This document shows positions 47,520-57,087 of a stretch of DNA of 64,000 bases, in pieces. The stretch comes from an uncultured Sulfolobales archaeon (GTDB lineage Archaea > Thermoproteota > Thermoprotei_A > Sulfolobales > NBVN01): contig CALIBI010000008.1 in assembly GCA_938045815.1 (NCBI GenBank), forward strand, positions 6,934-70,933, written 5' to 3'. Positions within the stretch are counted from its first letter, which is position 1; the number at the start of each line of letters is the position of its first letter. The position numbers and the translations under genes were made by a program. Below the pieces are notes generated by a model. It saw only the letters and a program-made list of their open reading frames with translations, was not told the DNA's origin and ran no database searches.

Positions 47520-49343
47520 TCAGTCTTCAGCTAAGTGTTGTATTGGCTTGACGTAGTAGTACTCTCCTAACATTTTCTGTTGTCTGTCTAGGTAGGAGCC
47601 CGGCTTATTTATTCTTGGTCTATATGTTCTTAAGTCTCTCCTGAAAGTTACTTGCACTCCTTCTAAGAACTTATTCATGCCTGATCTGAGGTCTGCCGGT
47701 GATCTGGCGTATCCTTCCCTGCCAGGAGTGCCCTCAAAGACCACGACTCTATCGGAGATGTAGTCTGCGAGGAGCAGGTCGTGATCCACTACGAATATAG
47801 TGGTCTTACGTACCTCCGCTACTTTCCTTATAGCTTTAGCAACTGTTAATCTCTCCTCCACATCTATGAATGCTGAGGGCTCGTCAATCAAGTATAAGTC
47901 GGCTTCTCTAGCTAAAGCCACAGTAACGGCGAATTTCTGTAATTCTCCCCCGCTAAGGCTAGCTATCTCCTTATCCCCTAATTTATGAAGACCTAACTTC
48001 CTGATCACGTCGGTTTCGAACCATTCTGTAGATGCCATACCCTCCTTCCGAAGCTCTTTTAAAGCCTCATCAACTGTTGTCCAGGGGTAGTTCTCGGCTC
48101 TTATATACTGAGGCTTATAAGATATCCTGAGTCCTTCCGTGGTTACGTATCCTTCTTCAGGCTTGAGTTCCCCCGCGAGAAGTCTTATGAATGTCGTCTT
48201 ACCTATCGCGTTAGGACCTAACACACCTATTATCTCACCCATATGGGAGACACCCTCATCAACAACTAACTTAAAGTTGTTGAGTTTTTTCGTCATGTGA
48301 GGCCAGTACAAGTAAGGCTTTCTAGGTTCTGTACTCTCCGAAGGTTCTGCCCTGAAGTAGAAGGTTATTCTCTCACTCCTTATTCTCATGTTCTCTGCTG
48401 GCAAGAAACCCTCTAGAAAGTGATTTATTCCGGACCCTACTGAGTAGAGTTTTGAGCAAAGTCCGTAGACGCCTGGCTCCCCATACATCACGACTACACT
48501 ATCAGAGACGTAATCTAGTACCGCTAGGTCATGCTCCACCACCATTACGTAGGCGGACCTAGGCGTTAACTCTCTGATAGCATTCGCTACAGCTAGCCTT
48601 TCCTTGACGTCCAAGTAGCTAGAGGGTTCGTCAAAGAAGTAGGCCCCCGCATCCCTAAGTAGAGCAGCAGCCACTGTAAATCTCTGGAGTTCCCCACCAC
48701 TTAAGTTACTAATTTTGTTATCCCAGGCACTTTCTAAAGACAACATTTTCCTAACTTCATTTAGTAGTCCTCTCTCATCTATTCTTGTTAAGACCTCGCC
48801 TACGTGACCTCTCACATACTTTCTTACGAGGTCTACGTGCTGTATTTTATGAACTCTCCTTAAGCTTCCATCAGCCACTATTCTTAGGTAGTTGTAGAGT
48901 TCTGTTCCCCTGAATTTCTCGAGTGCTTTATCCCAAGATGGTTCTACCTCAAATACTCCTAGGTTAGGTGTTAGTTCACCTGAAAGTATTCTTAAGACTG
49001 TTGTCTTGCCAGACCCGTTCTTACCTAATATACCTATGACCATCCCGGTCTGAGGTGTTGGTAAGCCGTAAAGTTTGAAGGCGTTAGGTCCGTATCTGTG
49101 TACTACGCGCTTCTCTAGCTCATCAGGTAAGTTAACTACGCTTATAGCGTAGTAAGGACACTTCTTAACACATATGCCGCAACCAACACACGCAACCTCG
49201 TAAATGAAGGCCTTACCACCAACAGACTCAGAAATCTCGATAGCTTTACCCCCACTCCGATTAATAGGGCAGAACCTCACACACTCTAAACGACACCTAT
49301 GCGGTTTACAGAGATCATAGTCTACTACAGCAACCCTAACCAT
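47520..49343 (-). CDS. abce1: ABCE1 / RNase L inhibitor ribosome-recycling ATPase
   Basis: N-terminal 2x[4Fe-4S] domain (CKPHRCRLECVRFCP, CVGCGICVKKCP). Two ABC cassettes (GKNGSGKTT, LSGGELQR; GPNAIGKTT, LSGGELQK). Start at ATG 49343 (MVRVAVVDYD), which has GGTGTGTGAGG upstream. Confidence 0.9.
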   Translation of the reverse strand: MVRVAVVDYDLCKPHRCRLECVRFCPINRSGGKAIEISESVGGKAFIYEVACVGCGICVKKCPYYAISVVNLPDELEKRVVHRYGPNAFKLYGLPTPQTGMVIGILGKNGSGKTTVLRILSGELTPNLGVFEVEPSWDKALEKFRGTELYNYLRIVADGSLRRVHKIQHVDLVRKYVRGHVGEVLTRIDERGLLNEVRKMLSLESAWDNKISNLSGGELQRFTVAAALLRDAGAYFFDEPSSYLDVKERLAVANAIRELTPRSAYVMVVEHDLAVLDYVSDSVVVMYGEPGVYGLCSKLYSVGSGINHFLEGFLPAENMRIRSERITFYFRAEPSESTEPRKPYLYWPHMTKKLNNFKLVVDEGVSHMGEIIGVLGPNAIGKTTFIRLLAGELKPEEGYVTTEGLRISYKPQYIRAENYPWTTVDEALKELRKEGMASTEWFETDVIRKLGLHKLGDKEIASLSGGELQKFAVTVALAREADLYLIDEPSAFIDVEERLTVAKAIRKVAEVRKTTIFVVDHDLLLADYISDRVVVFEGTPGREGYARSPADLRSGMNKFLEGVQVTFRRDLRTYRPRINKPGSYLDRQQKMLGEYYYVKPIQHLAED

Positions 49344-49407
49344 CCTCACACACCAAAACAAGAAAAATAAGAACACTTATTAACGTAAAGAACAACAACT
49401 AAATGGA

Positions 49408-49456
49408 ATGATGAGTGGTGACGGCAAGGATAGGTGACTAGTAACTCCAATACTGA
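49408..49456 (+). ncRNA. candidate C/D box sRNA
   Basis: AUGAUGA (C) - 12 nt GUGGUGACGGCA - AGGA (D'-position) - UAG - GUGACUA (C'-position) - 12 nt GUAACUCCAAUA - CUGA (D). The 7+12+4+3+7+12+4 spacing is exactly canonical for archaeal C/D sRNAs. The internal boxes are degenerate. Confidence 0.45.
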
Positions 49457-49746
49457 CTATTACAGCCGAAAACAATAGCTTTGGGCTGTGATGAGAGTTC
49501 ATAGGTTTCTGGTTTGGTATTTTAGTAGCGTGATTTAAAGCTTGTAGGTCCCGCAAACCTTTCTCGTGATAATTCAGAAATCCAACCTTCTAAAGCTACG
49601 GACTAGGTGAAGTAATGAAAAGTAGGTGAACTAGCACTTAAGGAAGACTAGAGTAGTACGCGCGATCAGCAACATTAGCCCAACATTAAAGATTTATATT
49701 TATTTACCCTACTTACTTCTAGATAAGAAAGTCGCGGTGTTGATGT

Positions 49747-49995
49747 ATGGAGGTATCGAGACTGGAGAGTCCTTTAAGAGTGTTAAGGTCTTCTATGAAT
49801 AAGAATGTGTTAGTTAAAGTAAAAGAGGGTATTTCCTACACAGGTCAGTTAATCTTCGCAGACAACACTATGAATTTGGTGTTGATAAACGCTGAGGAGG
49901 TTTCTGATGAGGACTTGAAGCCTATAGCTAAGTTTGGAACCATCTTAATAAGAGGTAGCCAAATACTTTATATAGTTATTGATTACAAGAAATAA
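49747..49995 (+). CDS. Sm-like archaeal protein (SmAP/LSm)
   Basis: Sm1 (VLVKVKEGISYTGQLIFADNTMNLVL) and Sm2 (ILIRGSQILYI) motifs. Confidence 0.85.
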   Translation: MEVSRLESPLRVLRSSMNKNVLVKVKEGISYTGQLIFADNTMNLVLINAEEVSDEDLKPIAKFGTILIRGSQILYIVIDYKK

Positions 49996-50120
49996 TGTTA
50001 TCCTCAGTAACACCTCACACATCTTAACGCATAAAAACTAACATCCCTAATTAGGACGTAAGTCATTGCTAGCGTTTATTAAAGTTGGTTTCCCTATTAA
50101 TAGGTTGTGTGCGTTAGGGG

Positions 50121-50495
50121 GTGCTTAGAATGAGTGGTGAAGAAAGCAGTAAGCGTAGAATGAGGTTACCTAAGAAAGAGGAGGATATTGAGGTTAAATA
50201 TGAAGAGCAGTCTGAATCAGGCGAGCATCATCTAGAGCACGAGCACGTACATGAGGAGATTAGTGCAGAAGACTATAATCTCTTGCTTATGAACACAATA
50301 GCTCACACTTTAGGTCATGTTGAGAGTAACCTCAGTTCTCTGAATCAGAGTATAAAACAGTTAATGTCTCAAGTAGATAATTTGAGGAAGTCTGTAGAGT
50401 TAATAGTTAAAGTACTTCTAATAGATAAAGTAAAAGACCAGGAACTCAGAAAGAAGCTCATTAATGACATAATTGAGGAGCTATCAAAAACTTAA
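50121..50495 (+). CDS. hypothetical coiled-coil protein with His/Glu-rich segment
   Basis: GEHHLEHEHVHEE followed by heptad-like helices. No family recognised. Confidence 0.4.
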   Translation: MLRMSGEESSKRRMRLPKKEEDIEVKYEEQSESGEHHLEHEHVHEEISAEDYNLLLMNTIAHTLGHVESNLSSLNQSIKQLMSQVDNLRKSVELIVKVLLIDKVKDQELRKKLINDIIEELSKT

Positions 50496-50520
50496 GCTTT
50501 TCATAAACTAATTCTGTCTA

Positions 50521-50802
50521 TTATTGACTTCCCCCTTCCTCCTCACTCATCAACTCCAAGAAAATCTCATAGTAGTTTTCTTTCTCCTGCTCTAATTCTT
50601 CAGATTTTCTTAATTTTTCTCCCTCAGAACTGACAACTGAGGTAGTCTTAACTCTGCTTTCGCTACTAGTCTTACTCTCTAACTTATACTTAGAACCCTC
50701 TTTCAGCAGTTCTTTATAGCCACACCTAGAACACGCTAGATAAGTCTTGTCTCCTTCTCTCACGGGAATCAACATAGTTCCACACTTAGGACAGAACTTC
50801 AT
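50521..50802 (-). CDS. TFS/Rpb9-type N-terminal zinc-ribbon protein lacking the C-terminal catalytic ribbon
   Basis: MKFCPKCGTMLIPVREGDKTYLACSRCGYKE is the classical RpoM/TFS N-ribbon. The remaining 60 aa are Ser/Glu-rich with an acidic tail and contain no second CxxC...CxxC. Confidence 0.6.
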   Translation of the reverse strand: MKFCPKCGTMLIPVREGDKTYLACSRCGYKELLKEGSKYKLESKTSSESRVKTTSVVSSEGEKLRKSEELEQEKENYYEIFLELMSEEEGGSQ

Positions 50803-51011
50803 TCTTCGAAACCCTTAAAGTATAACCCACTAAGACCGTTTAAAAACTTTTTGCTTTAGTTAAGTGCGTGACTCATTATTTCGTTACGTGAGAACCCTTT
50901 TAGAGAGTTGAAGCTGATTCTATCTGGCGTAGAGGTTAAGAACCACTAGATAGTTCTTTATTCTGAGGCTTTTTATAAATTCTAGTGAGTAATCTATTGA
51001 TGGGGAGATAG

Positions 51012-51953
51012 GTGACTATAGTTAGAAGTTTTGAAGCCGTAATTTCTTTATCTCCCGATGATGTAATGCTAGTGTTAGGAGATTTAAGACTCTACCTAAG
51101 TCTATGGAGTTTTAGTGAGGTTTACGTTGATAAAATACACGAAATACGAGATAATGAAGGCATGATAGACTTAGTTATAGGCGATACAACTAATCGACTA
51201 AAAGTTAAGTTAAAGGTAGCTAGCGAAGGTGATGTCAAGATTATTGAGTTAGAGGGTCAGGGGGATATTTACCTTCTCCTCAGACTAGAAGTAGGTGTTA
51301 GGGGTTTCTTCACCCTAGTCACTGCGAGATTAACCGTGAAGTCTTCCTTCTTTAAAGAAAGGAGGATTGAGAGTGCCTTAATAAAGTTTTTGGATAATCT
51401 TCGTAGAAAAATGATATACGAGTTACCCGCCATAGTAGAGCCTCTTAAGAGAGGGAAGATAGTACCGCCACAACCAACGCAACCAGCGGTTGAGCTTACG
51501 AAGCCTGCTCCTGCTGTGACACCTCCAAAAGAAGAAGTCAAGGCAGCTACTGAGGAAGCAAAGCCTCCTCCAGCACCACCACCCAAACCACTAAAACCTA
51601 CCGAGCCTTTCAAGGAGTTCGGAGACCCGAGAGAACTTGAAGATGAGGTTCTTCTGAGCATGATAATACTCAAGTCTCAGTTAATCAGCAGCTTGAAGAG
51701 AGAGGTTAGTGGTGAGAGCATGATCCCACTAATTATAAGTATCTATAAGGAAAGCAAGACAAACGTAATGTACACTAATTGGGTTGATGAGGAAGGTAAC
51801 AGAGCTAAAGCTTTAATACGTGAAGGCAGCCTGACAGGTTTTAGGGTAGAGAAGAAAGATGGGAGTGTTCTTAATGGTAAGGAAGCACTTGAGTTTATAG
51901 CGAGATTAGAGAGGAGGCCTTGGAGAATCTATATATACTCTGTGTCAATATAG
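51012..51953 (+). CDS. hypothetical two-domain protein with Pro/Ala/Lys-rich linker
   Basis: An N-terminal beta-rich domain of about 150 aa (possibly SRPBCC-like), the linker PPQPTQPAVELTKPAPAVTPPKEE..KPPPAPPPKPLKPTEP, and a C-terminal domain of about 110 aa. Confidence 0.45.
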   Translation: MTIVRSFEAVISLSPDDVMLVLGDLRLYLSLWSFSEVYVDKIHEIRDNEGMIDLVIGDTTNRLKVKLKVASEGDVKIIELEGQGDIYLLLRLEVGVRGFFTLVTARLTVKSSFFKERRIESALIKFLDNLRRKMIYELPAIVEPLKRGKIVPPQPTQPAVELTKPAPAVTPPKEEVKAATEEAKPPPAPPPKPLKPTEPFKEFGDPRELEDEVLLSMIILKSQLISSLKREVSGESMIPLIISIYKESKTNVMYTNWVDEEGNRAKALIREGSLTGFRVEKKDGSVLNGKEALEFIARLERRPWRIYIYSVSI

Positions 51954-51984
51954 CGTCAGCAAACATAAACGTTGTATGAGGAAC

Positions 51985-52869
51985 TCATTCTCTTTCCTTC
52001 ATGTCTTCTGGTTCTGGATGTACGGTGACCTCCCAACCTAACGTGTTCTTAATCTTATTTTCTAGCTTAGTAGCTATCTCGTGGGCCTCTTCAAGACTCA
52101 TTGTCTTAGGTAGTTTTATGTGTAGCGATGCCTCGACATGATCCCCGTACTTATGAATGTGTACGTGATGCACGCTCTCTATAAGGGGTGATATTTCGCG
52201 AGCTAAATTAATTAGTAAGTCCCTTTCGTGCTTAGTTGGCTTAGAACCGAGTAAATCTTTAGATGACTCAAGCACCATCTTGATTGAAGTATATATTATT
52301 ATGAGTGATACTAGCATGCCCAAGAACCCATCAACCCACCAGTAGTCAGCACCTATTAAGACCCCCAAAACTAGCAAGACCGTAGCTATCGCATCACTCC
52401 TATGGTGCCACGCATCACCAACTATAGACCTAGACTCATAACTCTTACCAAGTCTTAAAGCCCATCTAGCAAGTAATTCCTTAATTACCGAAGAAAATAA
52501 TAAAACACCCACTAAGACCCAGCTAAAAGTCAGTGCTTCCATAGAAATTAATTTCTCATAACTACTCATAAGAAACTCAAACCCAGCAACACCTAGTAGG
52601 GTTCCTATAATCACGGCACTTATTTGCTCTGCTCTACCATGACCAAAAGGATGCTCTTCATCAGGAGGTTTGTAAGCAACCCAAAAACCAATAACCACTA
52701 CCACGGAAGTTCCAGCATCAGACAAAGTATGTATAGCATCAGCCATAACAGCTATCGAATTATGTATTAAACCAAGATAATACTTGAGAATGAAGAGAAT
52801 AATATTAACAAAAATAGAAACAAATCCCTCAGTGAAACCAGCAGTCCTGCGTCCAGTAACTAATCTCAT
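51985..52869 (-). CDS. cation diffusion facilitator (CDF) metal efflux transporter
   Basis: Six TM segments with HTLSDAG and HHRSDA metal-site motifs, plus a C-terminal cytoplasmic domain (HVHIHKYGDHV). Confidence 0.85.
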   Translation of the reverse strand: MRLVTGRRTAGFTEGFVSIFVNIILFILKYYLGLIHNSIAVMADAIHTLSDAGTSVVVVIGFWVAYKPPDEEHPFGHGRAEQISAVIIGTLLGVAGFEFLMSSYEKLISMEALTFSWVLVGVLLFSSVIKELLARWALRLGKSYESRSIVGDAWHHRSDAIATVLLVLGVLIGADYWWVDGFLGMLVSLIIIYTSIKMVLESSKDLLGSKPTKHERDLLINLAREISPLIESVHHVHIHKYGDHVEASLHIKLPKTMSLEEAHEIATKLENKIKNTLGWEVTVHPEPEDMKERE

Positions 52870-52936
52870 TCTTACTCATCAAATCAAGAAATTCTGAAAT
52901 CCTTATAAGTCTCCACGTATCTAATCATTTATTGGT

Positions 52937-53013
52937 GGGCCGGTAGCTCAGCCTGGAAGAGCGCTCGGCTTGCAACCGAGAGGCCCCGGGTTCAAATCCC
53001 GGCCGGTCCACCA
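52937..53013 (+). tRNA. tRNA-Ala (anticodon TGC), CCA encoded
   Basis: Cloverleaf folded by hand: acceptor GGGCCGG/CCGGTCC with the G3:U70 Ala identity pair, anticodon arm CTCGG-CTTGCAA-CCGAG, T arm CCGGG-TTCAAAT-CCCGG. Confidence 0.95.
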
Positions 53014-53116
53014 TCTCCTACTTAGTTTTCATAACTTGTTAATTTTCTGGAACAAAATGAGTAACTTAAGTCAACACAAAAATGTTTTAGCTTTTAGTTG
53101 CTTAACAGACTTTCTT

Positions 53117-55504
53117 TCAGTATCTTTGCTTGCTCTTAAGCATCATGTAGACTCTCTCTGGCGTGATCGGTAATTCTGTCACGTTTACTCTCAAAGCGTG
53201 TGCTACCGCGTTTGCTATAGCGGCTGCTACAGCGTTAAATGAAGGCTCGCCAAAGCCTTTAGCTCCTAACGGTCCTTTCCTGTATTTAGCTTCAACCCAT
53301 ATAGGTATTATTTCTGGCGTGTCCTTAATCGTCGGTATATAGTACGTGGATAAGTTGGGGTTACTTACCCTACCATCTTTATCGTGTATTAATTCCTCCA
53401 TTAAGGCATAACCTAAAGCTTGAATAGCTCCGCCCTCAGCGTTGAGTTCCGCACCAATCCTATTTATCACCTTACCTATATCGTAAGCCGTGTATATCTT
53501 GTTTACCTTCACTAGACCAGTCTCGATATCTACCTCTACGTCAGCAACTATAGCTCCGAAAGTATACGTTATGTAAGGTGCTCCCTGACCAGTCTCCTCG
53601 TCCCATGAAGCTCTAGGAGCTCTATAATAACCGAACTCCTGAAGAGGTACTCCTAACCAGAAACTCTGCTCAATAACATCCACCCACTTAGTTTTTCTGC
53701 TAGGATCAGACGAGCAGTAAACCTCCGGAGCTCTTATAACTACTTCATCAGGATCACAACCCAATATGTGTGACGCTACCTCATTAAGTCTCCTCCTTAA
53801 TTTATAAGCAGCAACAACTGTTGCGGCACCTCCCATAACAGTAGTTCGTGATGCTACCGTAGGACCGGCGTCAGGAGTAGCTGAGGTGTCTGTATTCTCT
53901 ATTTTGAAGTAGCTGGGTGGTACCCCCAGAATCTCAGCCGCTATTAGTGCTAGACCCCATACAGCACCTTGACCAAACTCGGTGAGACCAGTCCTAATAC
54001 TTATAGATCCGTCCCTATTTATTATTAAGGTCACTGAAGAATAATCAGCTCCTTCAACACCTATAGAGTTTCCGTGATAGAATAGTGCGATTCCTATTCC
54101 TTTCCTAACAGGACCTTTGATCTCGGCATATTCTCTTCTTAACTCGAACCATCTAGAAGCTTCAACAGCCTTCATGACCGCTTCCTCTAATCCTACGCCA
54201 TGTTCTTCAGTAAGTTTCTGACCGTGTACTGTCTCGTCACCTACTCTAAGTATGTTTTTAAGTCTTAACTCAACAGGATCCATTCCTAACTCTTCAGCAA
54301 GTAGATCTATTTGTCTCTCAACAGCGAATATTACTTGCGGATTACCAAACCCTCTGAAAGCACCTGCATAAACATTATTCGTATAAACTCTAACAACATC
54401 TACCCTAGCTGACTGAACCTTATATGGTCCTGTAGCATGAACGGTTGCTCTCCAAGGTACGAAGGGACCTAATGACGCGTACGCACCACCATCCATGACT
54501 ACGTTAGCCTCGACCGCTAGTAGGGTCCCGTCTCTCTTAGCAGCATGTCTGTACCAAGCTATGGCTGGATGCCTTTTACTATGACCTATAATAGATTCCT
54601 CTCTAGTATGTACAGCGAGAGCAGGTCTATCAGTTAGTACGGCGGCTAAAGCCGCCTTAGCGGCTGTCTCGTTAGCTACGTCTTCCTTACCTCCGAAGCC
54701 TCCTCCAACCGCTGGCACTACTATCCTGACTTTATTTAAGGTTAGACCTAGAACCTTAGCTACTGCTCTCCTCACATCAAACGGGCACTGAGTAGAGGTT
54801 ATTACGGTAATGCTGCCGTCAGGCTCTGGAATAGCTATTGAGGCTTCAGGCTCCATATACGCATGTTCCTGGAAAGGTGTTTTATAAACACCCTCAACCT
54901 TAACATCAGCTTCCCTCATAGCTTTCTGTATGTCACCTCTCCTTATCTTGTAATGCACTAATATGTCGCTACCTCTCTCATCATGTATCAGCACGTGAGG
55001 CTTTTCTTTCAGAGTCATAAGATCTACTACATCTAATGGGTTAGTTATTACTGGGAGAGGCTCATACTCAACACTAATTAACTCTTCTGCTTCCCTAGCT
55101 ACCAAAGGATCCTCAGCAACTACTAGAGCCACTATATCGCCTACATATCTAACTTTCCTGTCAGCTATCAAAGGCTGGTCAGGTATCACGTACCCCACAT
55201 CATTAATACCTGGTATATCCTTAGCTGTGATGACCTTCAGAACTCCAGGATACTTAGATGCTTCACTAGTATCTATAGATTTTACGAGAGCATGAGCGTA
55301 CTTAGTCCTGACACTGTGTACGTAGACTAATTTGCTGTAAAGCCTAGCGAAATCTGCTGTGTATAAAGCTTTTCCCTTAATTTTCTCTACAGAATCCCAA
55401 CGCTGCGAGTGACGACCAACGAACAAGAACTCTTTATCCTTATACTTCTCAAATACTTCTTCAACTATCTTGTAGTACTCGGAAACTGAACTCATCTCAC
55501 TCAC
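53117..55504 (-). CDS. molybdopterin-binding large subunit of an aldehyde oxidase/xanthine dehydrogenase-family hydroxylase
   Basis: VPAVGGGFGGKE and GAFRGFGNPQ blocks; 795 aa. I did not see the CODH-specific VAYRCSFR loop. Confidence 0.9.
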   Translation of the reverse strand: MSEMSSVSEYYKIVEEVFEKYKDKEFLFVGRHSQRWDSVEKIKGKALYTADFARLYSKLVYVHSVRTKYAHALVKSIDTSEASKYPGVLKVITAKDIPGINDVGYVIPDQPLIADRKVRYVGDIVALVVAEDPLVAREAEELISVEYEPLPVITNPLDVVDLMTLKEKPHVLIHDERGSDILVHYKIRRGDIQKAMREADVKVEGVYKTPFQEHAYMEPEASIAIPEPDGSITVITSTQCPFDVRRAVAKVLGLTLNKVRIVVPAVGGGFGGKEDVANETAAKAALAAVLTDRPALAVHTREESIIGHSKRHPAIAWYRHAAKRDGTLLAVEANVVMDGGAYASLGPFVPWRATVHATGPYKVQSARVDVVRVYTNNVYAGAFRGFGNPQVIFAVERQIDLLAEELGMDPVELRLKNILRVGDETVHGQKLTEEHGVGLEEAVMKAVEASRWFELRREYAEIKGPVRKGIGIALFYHGNSIGVEGADYSSVTLIINRDGSISIRTGLTEFGQGAVWGLALIAAEILGVPPSYFKIENTDTSATPDAGPTVASRTTVMGGAATVVAAYKLRRRLNEVASHILGCDPDEVVIRAPEVYCSSDPSRKTKWVDVIEQSFWLGVPLQEFGYYRAPRASWDEETGQGAPYITYTFGAIVADVEVDIETGLVKVNKIYTAYDIGKVINRIGAELNAEGGAIQALGYALMEELIHDKDGRVSNPNLSTYYIPTIKDTPEIIPIWVEAKYRKGPLGAKGFGEPSFNAVAAAIANAVAHALRVNVTELPITPERVYMMLKSKQRY

Positions 55505-56067
55505 CTCATAACTTCGGACTCATCAAAGAATATTTTACCTTCATTGATGTATTTTGAAGCGAGCTTGACAGCCTTAACAAACCTTAGGTACGAACCACAC
55601 CTGCATAGATTACCGTCTAGAACTTCTTTTATCTCGTCTTCTGAGGGGTTAGGATTCTTATCGAGGAGGTATTTTGAAGTCATTATTACTCCGGGGAAGC
55701 AGAAACCACACTGCATCGCGTATGTGTCTAGTAGAGCTTTCTGGATAGCGTGTAGCTTGCCTTCAGGAGCTATACCCTCAAGAGTTAATACCTCGGAACC
55801 ATCAGCTCTAACGGCTAGTGTGAGGCATGTAGGAATTAACTTCCCATTCATTATGACGACACACGCGCCACACTCACCCCTGCCACACCCTCCTTTAACG
55901 CTCACTAAACCAAGCTTATTCCTGAGTACATCAATCAATCTCTCGTAAGGCTTGACCTTCACCTTAACTTCCTTCCCGTTCACCTTAAACGATATTTCTA
56001 TGTCTCTGTAGGTATCCCAAGACGCGTGAGACACACCCACCTTACTCACCCCCAATCCTCCGACCAA
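55501..56067 (-). CDS. [2Fe-2S] small subunit of the Mo-hydroxylase
   Basis: GCGRGECGACVV and QCGFCFPG..CRCGSY cluster motifs. 4-nt overlap with the large subunit gene. Confidence 0.9.
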   Translation of the reverse strand: MVGGLGVSKVGVSHASWDTYRDIEISFKVNGKEVKVKVKPYERLIDVLRNKLGLVSVKGGCGRGECGACVVIMNGKLIPTCLTLAVRADGSEVLTLEGIAPEGKLHAIQKALLDTYAMQCGFCFPGVIMTSKYLLDKNPNPSEDEIKEVLDGNLCRCGSYLRFVKAVKLASKYINEGKIFFDESEVMR

Positions 56068-56920
56068 CCTCTAATAAAGCTCTTTTCAGTAAGACCTGAG
56101 ATAAGTAGATTCTGTATTCTGCGGAAGCTCTATAATCATTTATCCTGCTCATTTCTTTTGGCAAGACTTCGTAAATAGCTCTATTAATATTGTCTTCACT
56201 TAATTCTTTACCTCTCAGCGAGTCTTCGGTCCTTAAGGCTCTCTCAGGGAAAGGCCTGCCTATACTATCGAACGCTATCCTAACTTCCTTAACCAACCTA
56301 TTATCTAGCTCAGCGTAAACACCTACAGCTACATAACCCATACCGTGCCCGACTCTCCTATCTAGTTTAGCAAACACTGAAGAAGCGTTGTTAGGAGGCT
56401 CACTAAAGAATACTTCAGTAATCAATTCCTCAGGCTTCTTAACAGTCTTCCTCTTATCCAGGTAGAAATTCTTTAGAGGAATTACTCTCTCACCATCAAG
56501 ACTCCTCAGCCTCACGCTAGCGTCGTAAGTTAAGAGAGTTATTGCTATATCGGAGAGTGGGTGAGCAACCCCCACATTACCCCCGACAGTAGCTAAAGAT
56601 CTTATAAATGTTGTCGCGAACGTTCTGCACGCGTCTTTTAATCCTGCGAATCGCTTATCCTTAAGCAACTCAGAAGACTCAAGCTCCTCAACAGTTGTTA
56701 AGGCACCTAACCTAACTAGGCCTCCCTCTAACTTAACATATGATAAGTTACTCCTTAAAGGCCACAAATCTAGTAATGTTTTGAACTTAACTAAGCCCTG
56801 CCTATAAAGCACTAATAAGTCAGTGCCTCCCCCAATAGGGAGCATCTCCTCACCGTAAATCCTAAGAGCTTCTAAAGCGTCTCTCAAATCTCTAGGAATA
56901 TACACATCAAACCTAAACAA
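56042..56920 (-). CDS. FAD-binding medium subunit of the Mo-hydroxylase
   Basis: LPIGGGTDLL, ATVGGNV and a CO-dehydrogenase flavoprotein C-terminal-like domain. Confidence 0.9.
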   Translation of the reverse strand: MFRFDVYIPRDLRDALEALRIYGEEMLPIGGGTDLLVLYRQGLVKFKTLLDLWPLRSNLSYVKLEGGLVRLGALTTVEELESSELLKDKRFAGLKDACRTFATTFIRSLATVGGNVGVAHPLSDIAITLLTYDASVRLRSLDGERVIPLKNFYLDKRKTVKKPEELITEVFFSEPPNNASSVFAKLDRRVGHGMGYVAVGVYAELDNRLVKEVRIAFDSIGRPFPERALRTEDSLRGKELSEDNINRAIYEVLPKEMSRINDYRASAEYRIYLSQVLLKRALLEVGRRIGGE

Positions 56921-57087
56921 GAAACCACCTCAATCTCAACGTTAATTCCGCACATAAAAACATTGATTGAATAGAATTAGTTAAACAATCATATAACTAT
57001 GTTAATAGAAGCATTAACTAGCTTGAAACAAATTACATAATTCATGTTAAAATAGGATCTCATGAAAACAAACACGAATTGATTACC

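Noticed and set aside
49488-49600. Second possible C/D sRNA starting at GUGAUGA 49488
   Set aside because: No CUGA D box at the required 12-nt guide spacing. Only degenerate CUGG/CAGA candidates at the wrong distances.
52970-53173. 67-aa track ORF overlapping tRNA-Ala
   Set aside because: It starts inside the tRNA (MQPRGPGFKSRP is the T-arm read as protein) and runs into the 3' end of the Mo-hydroxylase gene on the other strand.
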